Source: Hormiphora californensis
Taxonomy: Eukaryota > Animalia > Ctenophora
NCBI GenBank assembly: GCA_020137815.1
Contig: CM035350.1
Span: forward strand, 124,001-188,000
Length of the DNA: 64,000 bases
Direction of reading: 5' to 3'
Every line of letters starts with the position of its first letter. Position 1 is the stretch's first letter. The notes under the pieces were generated by a model that was not told the origin of the DNA, searched no databases, and saw only the letters and a program-made list of their open reading frames with translations. Shown one piece after another: positions 1 to 11,628 of this stretch. The position numbers and the translations under genes are program-made.

Positions 1-696
1 GTGTCATGAGTGTATCATGAGCGCTTATGAGTGCTCATGAGACCTTGCTCATGAGCGCTAATGAGCACATATGTACCTCACCCATCTCTGTTTGTCAATG
101 TCTCATGAGCGCTCAGAAGTTTTGACCCTCATTGCTCTGGTGATCATGAGATCATCATGTCATCATGAGACCATGTATCATGAGACGTTGGGTTAGGGTA
201 GTGGGGTTTACGGTTGGGCTAGGTTAGGGCTTCCTTAGGTCTAGGGACCCGTAGGAGGGTAGGGCTAGGTCAAAGTCTATGAGTCAACCCTAACCCTATC
301 CCTATGAGTCCTAGATCTAAAGGATAACCTAACCCAGCCCAACCGTAAACCCAACCAACCCTAACCAACGTCTCTGAGACAATGTTCTGAGACAGTCTCA
401 GATACACTCATGCAGCACATTAGGTCCAAAACGTCTAATGGACGCTATGAGACATTGAAACGAGATGGATGAGACTATGTCTCATGAGCCCTCATGAGCA
501 GGTCTCATAGTCATCATGAGCGCTCATGATACACTCATGACACACTCATGATACACCATGAGCGCTCATGAGACGTTGAAACACCTAAAAAACGTACTCA
601 TGAGCGCTTACATGATACACTCATGAACACTCATGACACACTCATGATACACTTATGAGCGCTATGAGAGGAACGGAAAGGTTCTTCCGACTTCCC
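1..696. mobile_element. Truncated foldback/MITE (CTCATGAG-rich arms, TTAGGG-like core), same family as 43230-44155
   Basis: Arms are mutually inverted. The end GAACGGAAAGGTTCTTCCGACTTCCCC resembles the TIR GACACGTTCTTCCGACTTACC at 44135-44155. The left end lies outside the window. Confidence 0.7.
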
Positions 697-885
697 CGGA
701 TTTATGGTCATTACGAAATTTGAAATACTACCCAGGGGGTGACAGTTCAAAAAAAATCCGACTTTTATAATGTCGAATTTTTTATTTAAGCGACACGGCC
801 GCGCGCACTCCATTAGGTTAATTGGTCATAAAACCGAGTTCCTGATAAGATAAAGAATTGATCCTGGTTGCGTTGGAAAGATAAA

Positions 886-945
886 TTTTTTTCCCCGCCC
901 GGGTGAATGCCGAAGTAAAAAGGCATAGGGGTTTAGAATTCGACA
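886..945 (+). mobile_element. 5' end fragment of Helentron/DINE-like element
   Basis: TTTTTTCCCCGCCCGGGTGAATGCCGAAG..AAAAAGGCATAG..GTTTAGAATTCG matches the 5' end of the complete copy at 41378-41953. Confidence 0.6.
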
Positions 946-1322
946 AGTTTACATACTAGTGAGGTGTCACGGTCACAAAAGTGGCTGTAACACACTCAGT
1001 TGCGAGGTACTCATTATTCAGCATAACATAAACACTTTCATTTTCATTGTTGTTATAGCTGAAGACGTCTGACATAGATCAGTCGAAAGCTCCTTCTTAA
1101 TTGAATATTAGTACTGCAAAATCGTTGTTTCTCTTAATTGATTCAAAATTGTCTGAAAAATCGTTCTTCACTGCCCACAGCTGTATCTCAAACGGTGCTA
1201 GAGCTCCAAAAAAGTCCAAATTTTTAGTTGACACACACTGATACACCAGTTCAATGATCAGTATTGTTAAATTTCATACTCATTCTACTATATATAAATA
1301 TAGGTTCTTTTCATTAGTGCAG

Positions 1323-1720
1323 ATGTCTGGTATAACAAAGACAGAAACGAAAAAGTGTGGCTTTGCGAATAATGGAAAGGTGCTAGGAGGAGGACGCTCA
1401 TCATCAATCACCTAAGAAACGAGGTACCTAGTTTTAGATTCCAAAGCTAACTATTAAAGCAAAAATTTTGCATATTTAAAGGAGCTGCTGATTAGTCTAT
1501 AGTTGATAACTATTAGTTATACGCCATAGTTTCTACATGGTTTATCCACAACATATCTACCAATGTTGTTGACATCTTTTAGAAGCGATATTGGACGATT
1601 CTCTACTTATTGAAATGAGGAGCAGTCGAAAAGAAGAAAAACAGGAAATCTCGTTCTTACGGTATGTAGTTATCACTTTTTCTTCTCTCTCTACAGTCAC
1701 TATAACCCACTGCAAAGGGC
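1323..1720 (+). CDS. NCAPH: Probable 5' exons of condensin CAP-H (1323-1423, 1583-1661, 1697-~1720), with indel errors
   Basis: ATG directly after TGCAG, GT..AG introns. With one frameshift exon 2 reads N-E-E-Q-x-EKKKNRKSRSY, resembling the CAP-H N-terminal NDDExE..RRSR motif. The 48707 exon has no nearby start exon. Confidence 0.5.
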
Positions 1721-2349
1721 GTAGTTGTTTAATGTAGTTTTATGTAGACATAGAGGCCAGCTTGTTTAGACTTTTAGATAAGAGTCCGCTCTGTGTTGAC
1801 TTTTTAGATAGTCGCCTGCTTTTAGACAAAGAGTTCAGAGTCCTCCTAGAGTTTAGACTTATTCGGAATCTAAACAAGAGTCCATTGTAAAATTTTGAGA
1901 TAATATAATTCTTTAGGTAGCACTGCTTGTACAACTTATAACACCCCCCTTAAGCCCAGTGATGGTTCGGGCTACAAGTGTTACACAGTGAAGCGTCTAT
2001 ATATACAATTATATCTATACCATCGCACACTGAATTTTCTGTTTTGGGGGGTGTCATAACTTGTCGACCGGAAGAGCTAGCTACTTGAAACTTTTACCGT
2101 CAGTAGAGGTCTATGTGAAGCTTCTTGTACCAAATTCAGCCTCTTAGCTCATCTGGTTCCGGAGTTAGGAGGGGTCGAAAAGTGCCAAAATGGGCTCAAA
2201 CTTCCAAATTGTTAATCCACGATGTTGGCAAGCGGGCCCACTTTTTCGGGGAAAGTTTTTGGGGGGGTGGGATGGGGCCACCTTTGCGCTTGCCAGCGTA
2301 GTGATTTATATATTATCGTCTTTTATCATATATCAGCTCTTATCAGAAA

Positions 2350-2660
2350 GTTGGCGATTGGAGATCTGCCTTGGATGAGAGAGTAACATGGCTAATCAGA
2401 TGCAGATTGGTCGATGTGAAGAACTTTTCCTTGGCTGCATCTTTATATCTTGCCGACAGGGTCCAGGGATGAAATACTCTGTGGGACGGGGAGCATCTGC
2501 GTCTGCCGCAGCTTTTGCTAACTGATCCGCGTCTGCTAACTGATCCGCACGTTTCCTGCTATCCCGTCGTGTCCCGGACACCAGATGATGGATACCAGGC
2601 ATTTTCCCTCAGCTTCTCTAGAGTCTTGATGAGGGCCACGGTACTGTGAGCGGTTAACTT
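2350..2660 (-). pseudogene. Spacer: RNase H C-terminal fragment of non-LTR retrotransposon type
   Basis: Hand translation LIKTLEKLRGKCLVSIIWCPGHDGIAGN/ADQLA(DADQLA)KAAA matches the WxPGHxGIxGNExADxLAK motif. Confidence 0.8.
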
Positions 2661-2761
2661 ATTCGTTATCCATCTCCATTGGTCTCCAGAATATTCCGGT
2701 GTTTTGGCATTATCATCATCTTCATTTATCAGCCTTTATCAATTATATTATAGCTTTGTTA

Positions 2762-3195
2762 CTAGATCCAAAAACCAAACAAGTTTGGTGGATAGCCGGG
2801 CCGCAGGAATTAAAAAACGTGCGAAAGTTCTGAACTAACTACTTTCGGGGCCTGGGGTGCTGTAAACTTCGCGTCTTCCATGATTATAACCAGCATCATT
2901 TTCAAACTATACGTAGGAAACTATCGCAATGATCAAATTATCATTATTTTTTTTATTCCGCATTATCAAACATACAGATCCACACATGTCACATATAATG
3001 TACTGTGCAGTGCACACAGTGGGTCGTTTCAGAGTCTGTTTACAGGATAATAGCGTGTTTTGAAAGAACGGCTGACTATCATGGAACGCGAATTTAACAG
3101 CCCCAGGCCCCGAAGTTCATGTATCAAAATTTTCGCACGTTTTTTAATTCCTGCGGCCCCGGCTATCCACCAAACTTGTTTGGTTTTGGATCTAG
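2762..3195. mobile_element. MITE with ~65 bp TIRs inserted at the end of array repeat 1
   Basis: CTAGATCCAAAAACCAAACAAGTTTGGTGGATAGCCGGG..AACGTGCGAAA is mirrored at 3130-3195. Confidence 0.8.
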
Positions 3196-4359
3196 ATCAA
3201 GCATTGTTATACTACGAAATGCATTTGTAATACTAGCTGAATTTAATAAACGCGATTAGGGTACAACCTGGCGTTTTTCATCATCGAGTGACCCAACCAA
3301 ATGACTTCACAGGGTTTAGGCCATACAAATGGACCTCAAATATGCAATTTTAGCCCTAAAGTCGATTCTATTTTTTGCAACCGCTATTTTCAAAGTGGCG
3401 TTTTTCAATTTTTGGTGGAATTTTTAACCTCAGGACCACTTTTTTTGAGATAGAAACATTAATTCTTGGAATTGAAGAGATCTAAGGTAAATAAGCCCAA
3501 GAAGGATTTTTGAAATGGAGCTTATTCTGGCCATGAGAACGGTTTACTTTTTTGCTCTTTGACAGCTGGCGAGAAGTTCCCATGCTTCATTAGAGATGAA
3601 AATCTGGAACATAGTTGCTCAAAACGATTATCTATGTGGCCCAAAAATTTTGGAACTTCCCGCCAAAGATGTGGTGTACAGAGCTTGTTTTGCGAAACCA
3701 TCTTTTTGAAAAGAGGGAAATTCCCGTATCTCAAAAACGGATGATCGTAAGGAACCTGCGACCAAGATTCAGAAGGTCCGATTTTTGGGGGGTCTTCTGA
3801 GAGACATTTGCTCTACTCCCAACCGTTTTTGCTTGTATTGCGAAAAAGGTATCAGCAAGTAAGGGGGAAATCAGCCCGAAGCAGTGCAGTCGATCCGAAG
3901 ATCACGAATATTATTTATTTTGATTATTAGTCAAGGATAATGATCACGGATAACCATTGATAATCAGATATATCTGATACAATCTGAATCAGGTTTTAGT
4001 GTGCTAATTCGTTCTTTCCTCATTGATTTTTAAAATCATCGTATATTTAAGATAGTCATAAATCTAGATATGACTACCAATTATAACTGAAAATGCGGCA
4101 ATAAACCTAATTTTATAAAATAAATCTGATTCAATGTTAATTTAGACTCTGAATCGCTTTTTTTCTAGGTATTTTAAAATCGTCTTAAATTTAAGACAGT
4201 CATAAAATCTAGATATGACTACTAATTATATCTGAAAATACATCAGTTGACCTACGTTGGCAAAATATGTATCATAAAATTATGATTAATAGTTTAATTT
4301 GCTCTTTTCTAGGTTTTTTTGAAAATCGTCTTAAATCAGATGACCGTAACTGAAGAACC

Positions 4360-4619
4360 AAAAGTCAAAGTCAAAGTTCAGGTCTCTCCCAATCATTGGG
4401 TATGCCTGCGGTGCTTATCTCCGATTGAAGTCCTAAGACACTCCGTACCGAAGTACTAAACTTGCAGTCGTGGGGACCAGCCCTACGTGCAAGGGAGTGT
4501 GACTTTCCAGCAGTTGCTGTACCAATTTATAGCTCGTTAACTAGACGGCTTGCATCGGGTCCCGAACCCGGGACCTTCTGCTGAGAAGCGAGTGTGTTAC
4601 CATACACCACCCCACCGCG
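4360..4619 (-). mobile_element. tRNA-derived SINE
   Basis: Minus-strand head with A box (GTGGTGTATGG) and B box (GGTTCGGGACCC), (TGACTT)n tail, and an 11-bp TSD ACTGAAGAACC (4349-4359 / 4620-4630). Confidence 0.8.
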
Positions 4620-5282
4620 ACTGAAGAACCGTAACTCGGATTTGCGTGAAATTTTGAACGTGGTTCAAGATGTCAGGCAACACCATCGTACCAACGCAGT
4701 AGCGCCTCCCGTTCCGTATGTAACGACGGGAAGGTGGTCTAAGACGCCAAAGAAAACTTAAGACACCTGTTAATACAAGGTACACCACTAGAACCTACCG
4801 ACTCCCAAAGTTTCATGTGGTAACAAGTGTCCGAGGGTCTAGCGTAAAACTGTCGGCCTCTATGCTTTACGCAAAATTGTCGTTACTCGTTACGTGTTGG
4901 TCTCAGTCACGCTAATAGCGGCCCTTTGCTAAAACACACGACCATCTGTAGCACAAAAACCGTAACTCCGATTTGCATCTGAAATTTATTTGAACGTGTG
5001 CTCTAGGTGTCAGCACACACGAACTACACAGCGGCATGTTCGTATATCACACACGGGAAGGTGGCTAAAACAAGGTTGAAATTGCCGATTTCAGACAACA
5101 AGTATAGTAGCGCCGGTCACAATTTTCAAAAATTTTCAAAAATTCCCAAAAATTTTTTCCGCCAATTTCGTTTTCTTTTTACTGGAGTAAAGATGCTTGT
5201 TGGAGGGGAATTTTGGGGGAAATGATGGTTGGGGGAAGGGAGGATTGGGCCCCGGGCGCTTGCCAGCGCTATGATTTTATCG

Positions 5283-5570
5283 CTTCCTCCAAAGGGAGTG
5301 TATTTGTCAATATGATGATGAGGGATCTTACCCGAGACACGGAGCTGGTCCCTCTCAAAGTCAATCACTGCACCCATCTGACTCAATAGTGCCTGGATAG
5401 GAGAAGGGGAATGTTAATATCAAGAACATATACCGCAAACTCAGTAAACTTCACACCAAAAATATCAGTTGGGATATAAGCAATACGTCTCAAAGTTTGT
5501 TTGGTTGTCAAAGACCGGGGCATGAATATTGGATGACATAATGTCGTCAGCTTCACTGCTAGCACTGTCA
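5283..5570 (-). pseudogene. Spacer: retrotransposon aspartic protease C-terminal fragment
   Basis: Adjacent ORFs join as AYIPTDIFGVKFTEFAVYVLDINIPLLLSR/SQMGAVIDFERDQLRV, the PLLLS/G..L..MGA.IDF motif of retropepsins. Confidence 0.7.
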
Positions 5571-5782
5571 ATATGACATATTCATGACAGTATTATCTCT
5601 TGCCTTGTTTGAACAAAACAAATTATCTCCACAGATATCAAAACACACCGAAGACCCATTATCAACAAAACCGTGCAGCCTCCTCCCGGTAGTCCCGGTG
5701 TTTTAGCATTGTTGTTATCTTCTATCATCCTTTTAATTAATATATCAATTATGTTATAGGGGAAGGTTTTGTTATTTTACCG

Positions 5783-6044
5783 CTGATCAAACGATCAAAT
5801 AAAGCAAACAGAGTAATTTAAGTGGTATTTAGAATACGGTGTCCCTCAGACAACTTCCTTGTTTTTCTGTGTTGCTGCTGTGTCTATATCTAGTTTGCCT
5901 CAAGAACCCGATGCTTTCATAAACCTTTCGCTAATCTATTGAGCCCTTGATTACAGTTCTAGGAGTATCTTTTGGGCGGCAGCTTTGTTATTTTCAGTAT
6001 TGCTGGTATTGCAACATTCTTTGGCCGGAGGTCACAGGTGCCAG

Positions 6045-6080
<36 letters not shown>

Positions 6081-6980
6081 CTCAACTAACTGTATGACAC
6101 TCATGACTCTAACTGTATAAAATTCCCAAATTTCTCTAGGTACTACCCTTAAGATGCTGTAGGTACCCCAAATTCAATCAAATTTTGATCCAAATTCCAA
6201 ATGTTAGTGTGTAAATACAATATTGTGTACAGTATTTTAGGTCACGTGAACAAAGTTGACCATACATGGTCATAGAATGGGTCACATGATCATCACGTGA
6301 TTGCAGTGAACACTGAACAACCAATCAGAGTTATCCCGTGCCTGCACTCTGCAATCAGAAGCCGATCAGAGGCCAGAACGGGTGCCTCACTTGGTCCAGA
6401 ACCAATACGCGGGAACAAACGTATCATGTGAACCACATATTAACCATATATAATGGTCATATCATGGGTTAATGATCATCACATGACTGCAGTCAACAGC
6501 CAATCAGAGGCCGAACGGGTACCTACTTGGTTCTGAATCACGTGACCAGTATAATACACTAGTAACCTAAACAAGAATTATTGCTTAAATGTATTCATAA
6601 TGCGGTGTTTCCCTGCCACAGCCCACAAATGGGTGTAAAATTGATGACTAAGCTTCAAAACTGGATTTCCGGGTAAATTTTGCACCTAACTGTCGGACCC
6701 CTCCGGGGTACCACCCCGCTAAGAGTCATGAGTGTCATGCAGTTAGGTGTTGAGCCCCCCCCCCCCCCCCCCCGGTGCCAGGGCAACTGCATAGATGGTT
6801 GCACGTCATCTTACTTTTTCTGCAGCCGCAACTGATTTTGCACGAATTGTTGCAGCTACAACAAATTCCAAGGCTGGTGGAAAAAGAAACGGCACTTGCT
6901 GATACAACTGCTTCCTCCCTTGGAAGTGTCGGTGGGGTTCTTTGATTGTCGGTAGCATCTGTATAGGCCTATGTAGTAGG
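5783..6980 (-). pseudogene. Spacer: Cys8 (CxC/tesmin-like) zinc-finger fragment typical of DNA-transposase C-termini, interrupted by a MITE
   Basis: Removing 6045-6774 and one TSD restores an open frame ..SLGICCSCNNSCKISCGCRKSKMTCNHLCSCPGTCDLRPK.. Confidence 0.7.
6045..6774. mobile_element. MITE with poly-G/poly-C termini
   Basis: C(G)nCTCAACTAACTGTATGACACTCATGACTC pairs with GAGTCATGAGTGTCATGCAGTTAGGTGTTGAG(C)nG. TSD GTGCCAG (6038-6044 / 6775-6781). Contains a Helentron-like 3' end at 6569-6618. Confidence 0.8.
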
Positions 6981-7092
6981 CCTCCAATTACACTGCAGGG
7001 CTCCATGAGATATTCAGTCTACATTTAAATGGGGTAGTTCCGGTGTATCAGTTTTTATTACAATTATAATATTATATTTTATAGCTTTGTTT

Positions 7093-7374
7093 GCTGAACC
7101 ACACGCACCTTGTGTTCGGGAAGTCAGGTTTGTGGTCTTTTGCGAGTGGGTAGACTATTGGGTGGGGCAAGTGAAGTATCTGCCTTCCTTTAGCAGTCCC
7201 TTTAGGAGAGTGTTGGGCTTTTAGCTGGAATGAGTTTGGAGGGGTCCTCGCTTAGTTCACCCATCCTTTGCCAATGTTGCTGTGTCTCTCCTCCTCATGC
7301 CCGCGTGTGGAGCGGGTGCAGAATCGATTTGTCTTGTCGTTGTGGTTTAGTTCAGTTACTTTCTTACTTTCTTT
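7093..7374 (-). pseudogene. Spacer: Penelope-like retroelement RT N-terminal fragment
   Basis: NDKTNRFC..ELSEDPSKLIPAK/NTLLKGLLKEGRY/PIVYPLAKDHKPDFPNT matches the PLE motifs DK.N, L..DP and P..Y.L.K.HK..P. Confidence 0.75.
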
Positions 7375-7503
7375 CCTCCAATTACAACTGCAGGGCTCCA
7401 TGGGCATTCAGTGACTTTTAAAATGGGGTAGTCCTGTGTATCAGTTTTTTATCACGATTATAATTATTCTTATATTTTATCGTGCATTGTTATTTTAAAA
7501 CCG

Positions 7504-8026
7504 TCTCCCTCTCAAGTCGGGACCACAACCTCCTCCCAATTACCACCACCTCCGCCCCCTCGGACCTCCGCATACCAAGGGGTGTGTCCTGTAACCACCT
7601 ACAATCTTATAATCGTAGATTTAAATAACAATCCAGATTTCCGGAACTAGTAAGAATTCATCTCCGTCCTCACTTGCCGGTAATGAGCCTTGTATATCGT
7701 TTTCCCCCTACTTCCCCTTCCATCGTTCTCGTATATTATCAAGTCTCAAAGTCGCTTCAGGTCATCAAGGTAGACAGATGCGCCTATCCGATAGTTAGTC
7801 CGGTCCAGAACAAACATGTAGGACATCAGAGTCTCGAACATAGCGATGAAGGTTTTGAACTTCCTTGCCCGTGTTGCATGGAGGTATGCGAAGAAGTTTG
7901 TCAGGAAGTCAAGTATTGCGTTCTAGAATATATATATATACATAGGGTAGTTTTTCCGTTTCTGCACGTTCCCATTGCAGGTAGACCCCGTTGGCCGCTC
8001 TGCATTCTCCTTCTTCATACTCACAT
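7504..8026 (-). pseudogene. Spacer: large DNA-transposase fragment (Academ-like)
   Basis: 7750-7920 reads ILDFLTNFFAYLHATRARKFKTFIAMFETLMSYMFVLDRTNYRIGASVYLDDLKRL, like the RA.R.G.F..FFALDR.NY..VY..D motif. The family name is from memory. Confidence 0.6.
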
Positions 8027-8369
8027 CCATGGAATCCCGTGATGTCCGTCCTAGACAATTATGTATAGCTTTGTTATTTATATTTCCCTACTCCCAAGGC
8101 CAGCTCCCTCCGTTCATTATCATTTGCCGCATAATCCAGGGGCACAACCAGGGCTATACAAGAGTTCAACCAAGCAGAAGGTCAGCGGGCCGGGGTGCGT
8201 CTGATGAGGCACTACATGAAAACCTCTCTCCAAATCCTCCCACGTGGACCTCCACATACCGAAGGGGGTGTCCAGAACCACCTACACCCAGGGTCCATCC
8301 TCCTCCATTTTCATTAGAAAGCATCGTTGCAGAAACCATATCACTTGGGGATGAATCCAACCACTTCCT

Positions 8370-8461
8370 TTCTCCCAGGCCATGTTATCTCCACAGATGT
8401 CGAAACAGACAGTGCACGTCAATGTGTCCTTCAGGAAGTCCATGTCGAGTGTTGGGGCCAT
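8370..8461 (-). pseudogene. RING-finger-like gene start fragment
   Basis: MAPTLDMDFLKDTLTCTVCFDICGDNM. A related VCFDICGDNL sits at ~5620-5650. Confidence 0.45.
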
Positions 8462-8499
8462 GACTGAGACATGACATAAAGGTAAACACTACCGAGTTA

Positions 8500-11440
8500 A
8501 CCAAGCAGAAGGTCTTCCAATCCCACACCTGTGTTTTCGCAGGTATTCGAGTTCTCCCCTTGCATGTGGTAGAAAATGGAAAGTAAGAAATTTATACCAA
8601 AAAAGATGGGCAGGTGCACAGTTGCGAGCAACTGTGCACCTGCCAAAAGATGACTATTTGATAAAACGACAAAAAGATGAAAATACGATACAACATGCGA
8701 GTGTATGCACCCGCACGACGGGTTAGTAAGGGTCTGTCCAGTTCTGTCTGGGCCAGAGCAGCGATCCACGAAGCTGGCAGCTGTATTGCCCGCTTCGTGC
8801 GAGCTAACATACTATTGCCTCAACAAGAAGGGAAAACAACGGATTCATCTTTGAGTCGACTCAATGTACCTCGATAGTATATAGTCCAGGACCTATATAT
8901 TCCATGTACCTCTATTGCCTCTATATATAGTAAGTAGGCAATTGAAGCATTCCGTTTGTCCTTCCAATATATTCCCTGTAGTTTCGATGGAGTACATCTA
9001 TCTATCTATCTATCTATTTCTCCCCTCCTACTTGTATCGGAGGTCTTCTCAATTCTGTTACCCCTACTTCCCTCCAGTACTCCATAATAGGCTCGAAGGT
9101 GGATTTGTCAACAACAAAATCCCCCTGATTAGGGCATCTTACTCCTTACTTCTCTTCATCCTGCTTCCCACTATGGAATAGTTGTGTTCCCTAACCCAAA
9201 AGTCTGAGAGTGGACTTGGAGTCCAAATTTTTAGGAGAAATATGACTTGTACACCTATCATGGCCTTGGTCAGCGCCTCACGTTGTAAACGGATCATGGC
9301 AATTGTCCGCGCATTTAACACAGAGAGAGAGAGAGAGAGGAGAGAGAGAGCGAGAGAGAGAGAGAAAGAGAGAAATGTAAAAAAAAATATTCATTAGTTA
9401 TTTTGAGTTTTGCGGGAATTGGACACGGGGATAGCCTGCTTCAGAGTCGGAGCTGCTGCTAACCGTTGCACCATGGACAGAGGTGCTACTCTAAATTCAA
9501 GAGACTATAAATCGGCGGCTTGTAAAGCCGCGGAGAGTGGAGTAGAACAACAAGTATGGAGCGGAAGAGTGAGAGTCATTTTATTGGAGTCTAAATATGG
9601 TGACCGTTCATCGCAACATGTAAGGGGGGAGGGGAGATCATGGAGCCGTATGAGTGTCTTGTCACCATTCAAATGCTGCTTCTCTCTCAGGTCTCAGTTG
9701 ACAAGTACGCGCGACAACAAGGGCCATGATACGTTAAACAATGCAAGGCGCCTGACAAGGGCCATGATACGTTTACAATGCAAGGGCGACCAAGGGCCAT
9801 GATATGTTTACCAAGGCAAGGCGATGAACACGGGCCATGATATGTTACAAGCAAGGCGCTGACAAGGGGCCATAATATGTTTACACAAGACAAGGCGCTG
9901 ACCCAAGGGCCATGATATGTATACAAGGGCAAGGCGCTGACAAGGGCCATGAATGTTACAAGGCAAGGTGCGACAAGGGCCATAATAACGCAAGGCACTT
10001 ACTGCCTTATGAGCTCTCTTTCTCTCTCCTCTTATCTCTCCTCTCGCTTTCTCTCTCTCTTTCTCTCTTCTTCCCTCGTTTTTAGTTCGACTTTTTCCCT
10101 ATTCTAACTCACGAATTCGACTTGGAGTTCACGCTCGAAACTCCACGACTTTGTGTATGGGGTTGTGTTGTCCGGTATTGTTCGAGAAGCTGTTATAATA
10201 AAAACTTACATTTAAATTTAAGTTTTTTGATTGTACAAAACTTAGTTATGAGTTTTCTACAATTTGATCAATCTTTACCATTCTTTCGTCAAGTGCTTCT
10301 TAGCTGAACGATCGTTAATAACAATTTCCCAATTAGCATCGCTGCTTACATTGGGTCGGCCCTGCAGGGTTGTCGTGTCCCTTCCAATCACGTGCTTCTA
10401 AAAAAAAGTTTAGTCACAAATTCACAAATTCGACACAGTACCGGGCGTGTAAACGACAGCCAATTCAACATGGTCGGGGCGGGGTGGTAATCAATTGACA
10501 AAGGAAAACTAAGGCGTTATCCAAGATCCATAGCTGGCGAGTGCTAATAAGGGGGCGAGGTAACTGCGATCATGGTCTTTGTTTGTTTACCTCTACATTG
10601 CAAATGAATATTAAATTAAGCAAATAAATACATAAATAGGCAATAGTTGACTCCTTAATACACCGTTGCGGTTGTCATGACAATTTACTTTCCTTATAGT
10701 TTATGTTACAATCTTTGCTCTTATTACAACTGTTGACCGAGATCACTCTTTGAAAACTTTCTTACAAATCTGTTACCTTCGTTCCTGTTGTAAAGTTGGT
10801 AATGAAAGAAGAAATTGAGGAGCACACCACTCCTTTGGGGAAAACGCAATATGGTGTACAGCAAAGAAAGACTGCAACAAAAATCGCCATCAACTGCAAG
10901 CACTATCCATTAAAAAAACTATGTGTCGTTATTGACAACCATTCTTTCATCTCGCACCGTGGTTTCAAGATTCACTCGCCACACGTCAGCTTTCAAATCA
11001 ATTCTCTTCTGCCTCGCAGAAGATTGGCGGGGAAGCACGTCCGGAGCATGGGCGGTCATTATAACAAGGTAAAACACGGGACCTGTTCGAATTTCGGGGT
11101 TGTGTAAACGACTTATAACTCTTATAACAGTTATGTAGTGACTACAATAACTGTTAGTAGAGGTTTATAAGTCATGTATATATATTCTATGTTAAAGTTA
11201 TATGGCCAATTGACGCTTTGCCTTCCCATGTATTATATATGTTCCCTATATAGTTTCGATGTCATGTCACTCGACAAGTCGGTTACTATTAGGGCATCCT
11301 CCTCTTCACTTCTCTTCATCCTGCTTCCCACTATGGAATAGTTGTGTTGTCCGTTATTGTTCGAGACTGTTATAATAAAACTTACGTTTAAAAGCCCATG
11401 GTATACTTTTAGAAAACTTACATTTTCTTTTTGAATACCT
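8500..11440 (-). repeat. Scrambled, indel-rich paralog of the MATH locus (32820-33740, 37585-37760, 38245-38850)
   Basis: Blocks 8515-9000, 9140-9190, 10185-10730, 10740-10925, 10927-11350 and 11350-11430 each match those regions, in shuffled order. Confidence 0.75.
9715..9995. repeat. ~38-bp minisatellite flanked by (GA)n/(TC)n tracts
   Basis: About 7 units of CAAGGGCCATGATATGTTTACAA.GCAAGGCGCTGA. Confidence 0.8.
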
Positions 11441-11628
11441 TTCTTTGAAGAAGGCTTCGGTATAAGGGAGCTTCGGTATAAGGGAGCTTCCCTCACCATA
11501 CGATTTGGCAGAGAGAGCCTTCTCCTCTGCCGCCATTACTTTCATGGTAAACTCTTTCCTCATTGGTTCCATCGATGCTGGATCTTGTCTGATCTTTGGA
11601 TCTGAAATGACAATACATAATATATATG

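Larger units (their letters stand above)
2290..8080 (-). other. Repeat-spacer array of transposon coding fragments, part 1
   Basis: Related repeats at 2661-2760, 5683-5782, 6981-7092, 7375-7503 and 8027-8080 separate unique spacers that translate on the - strand as TE domains. Confidence 0.7.

Noticed and set aside
5620-5672. GFVDNGSS as the protease catalytic D-x-G motif
   Set aside because: The following VCFDICGDN matches the RING-like fragment at ~8385-8410, so the assignment is ambiguous and not claimed.
2290-8080. Calling the repeat-spacer array a true CRISPR-Cas locus
   Set aside because: Eukaryotic context, long degenerate repeats, 200-520 bp spacers and no cas genes.
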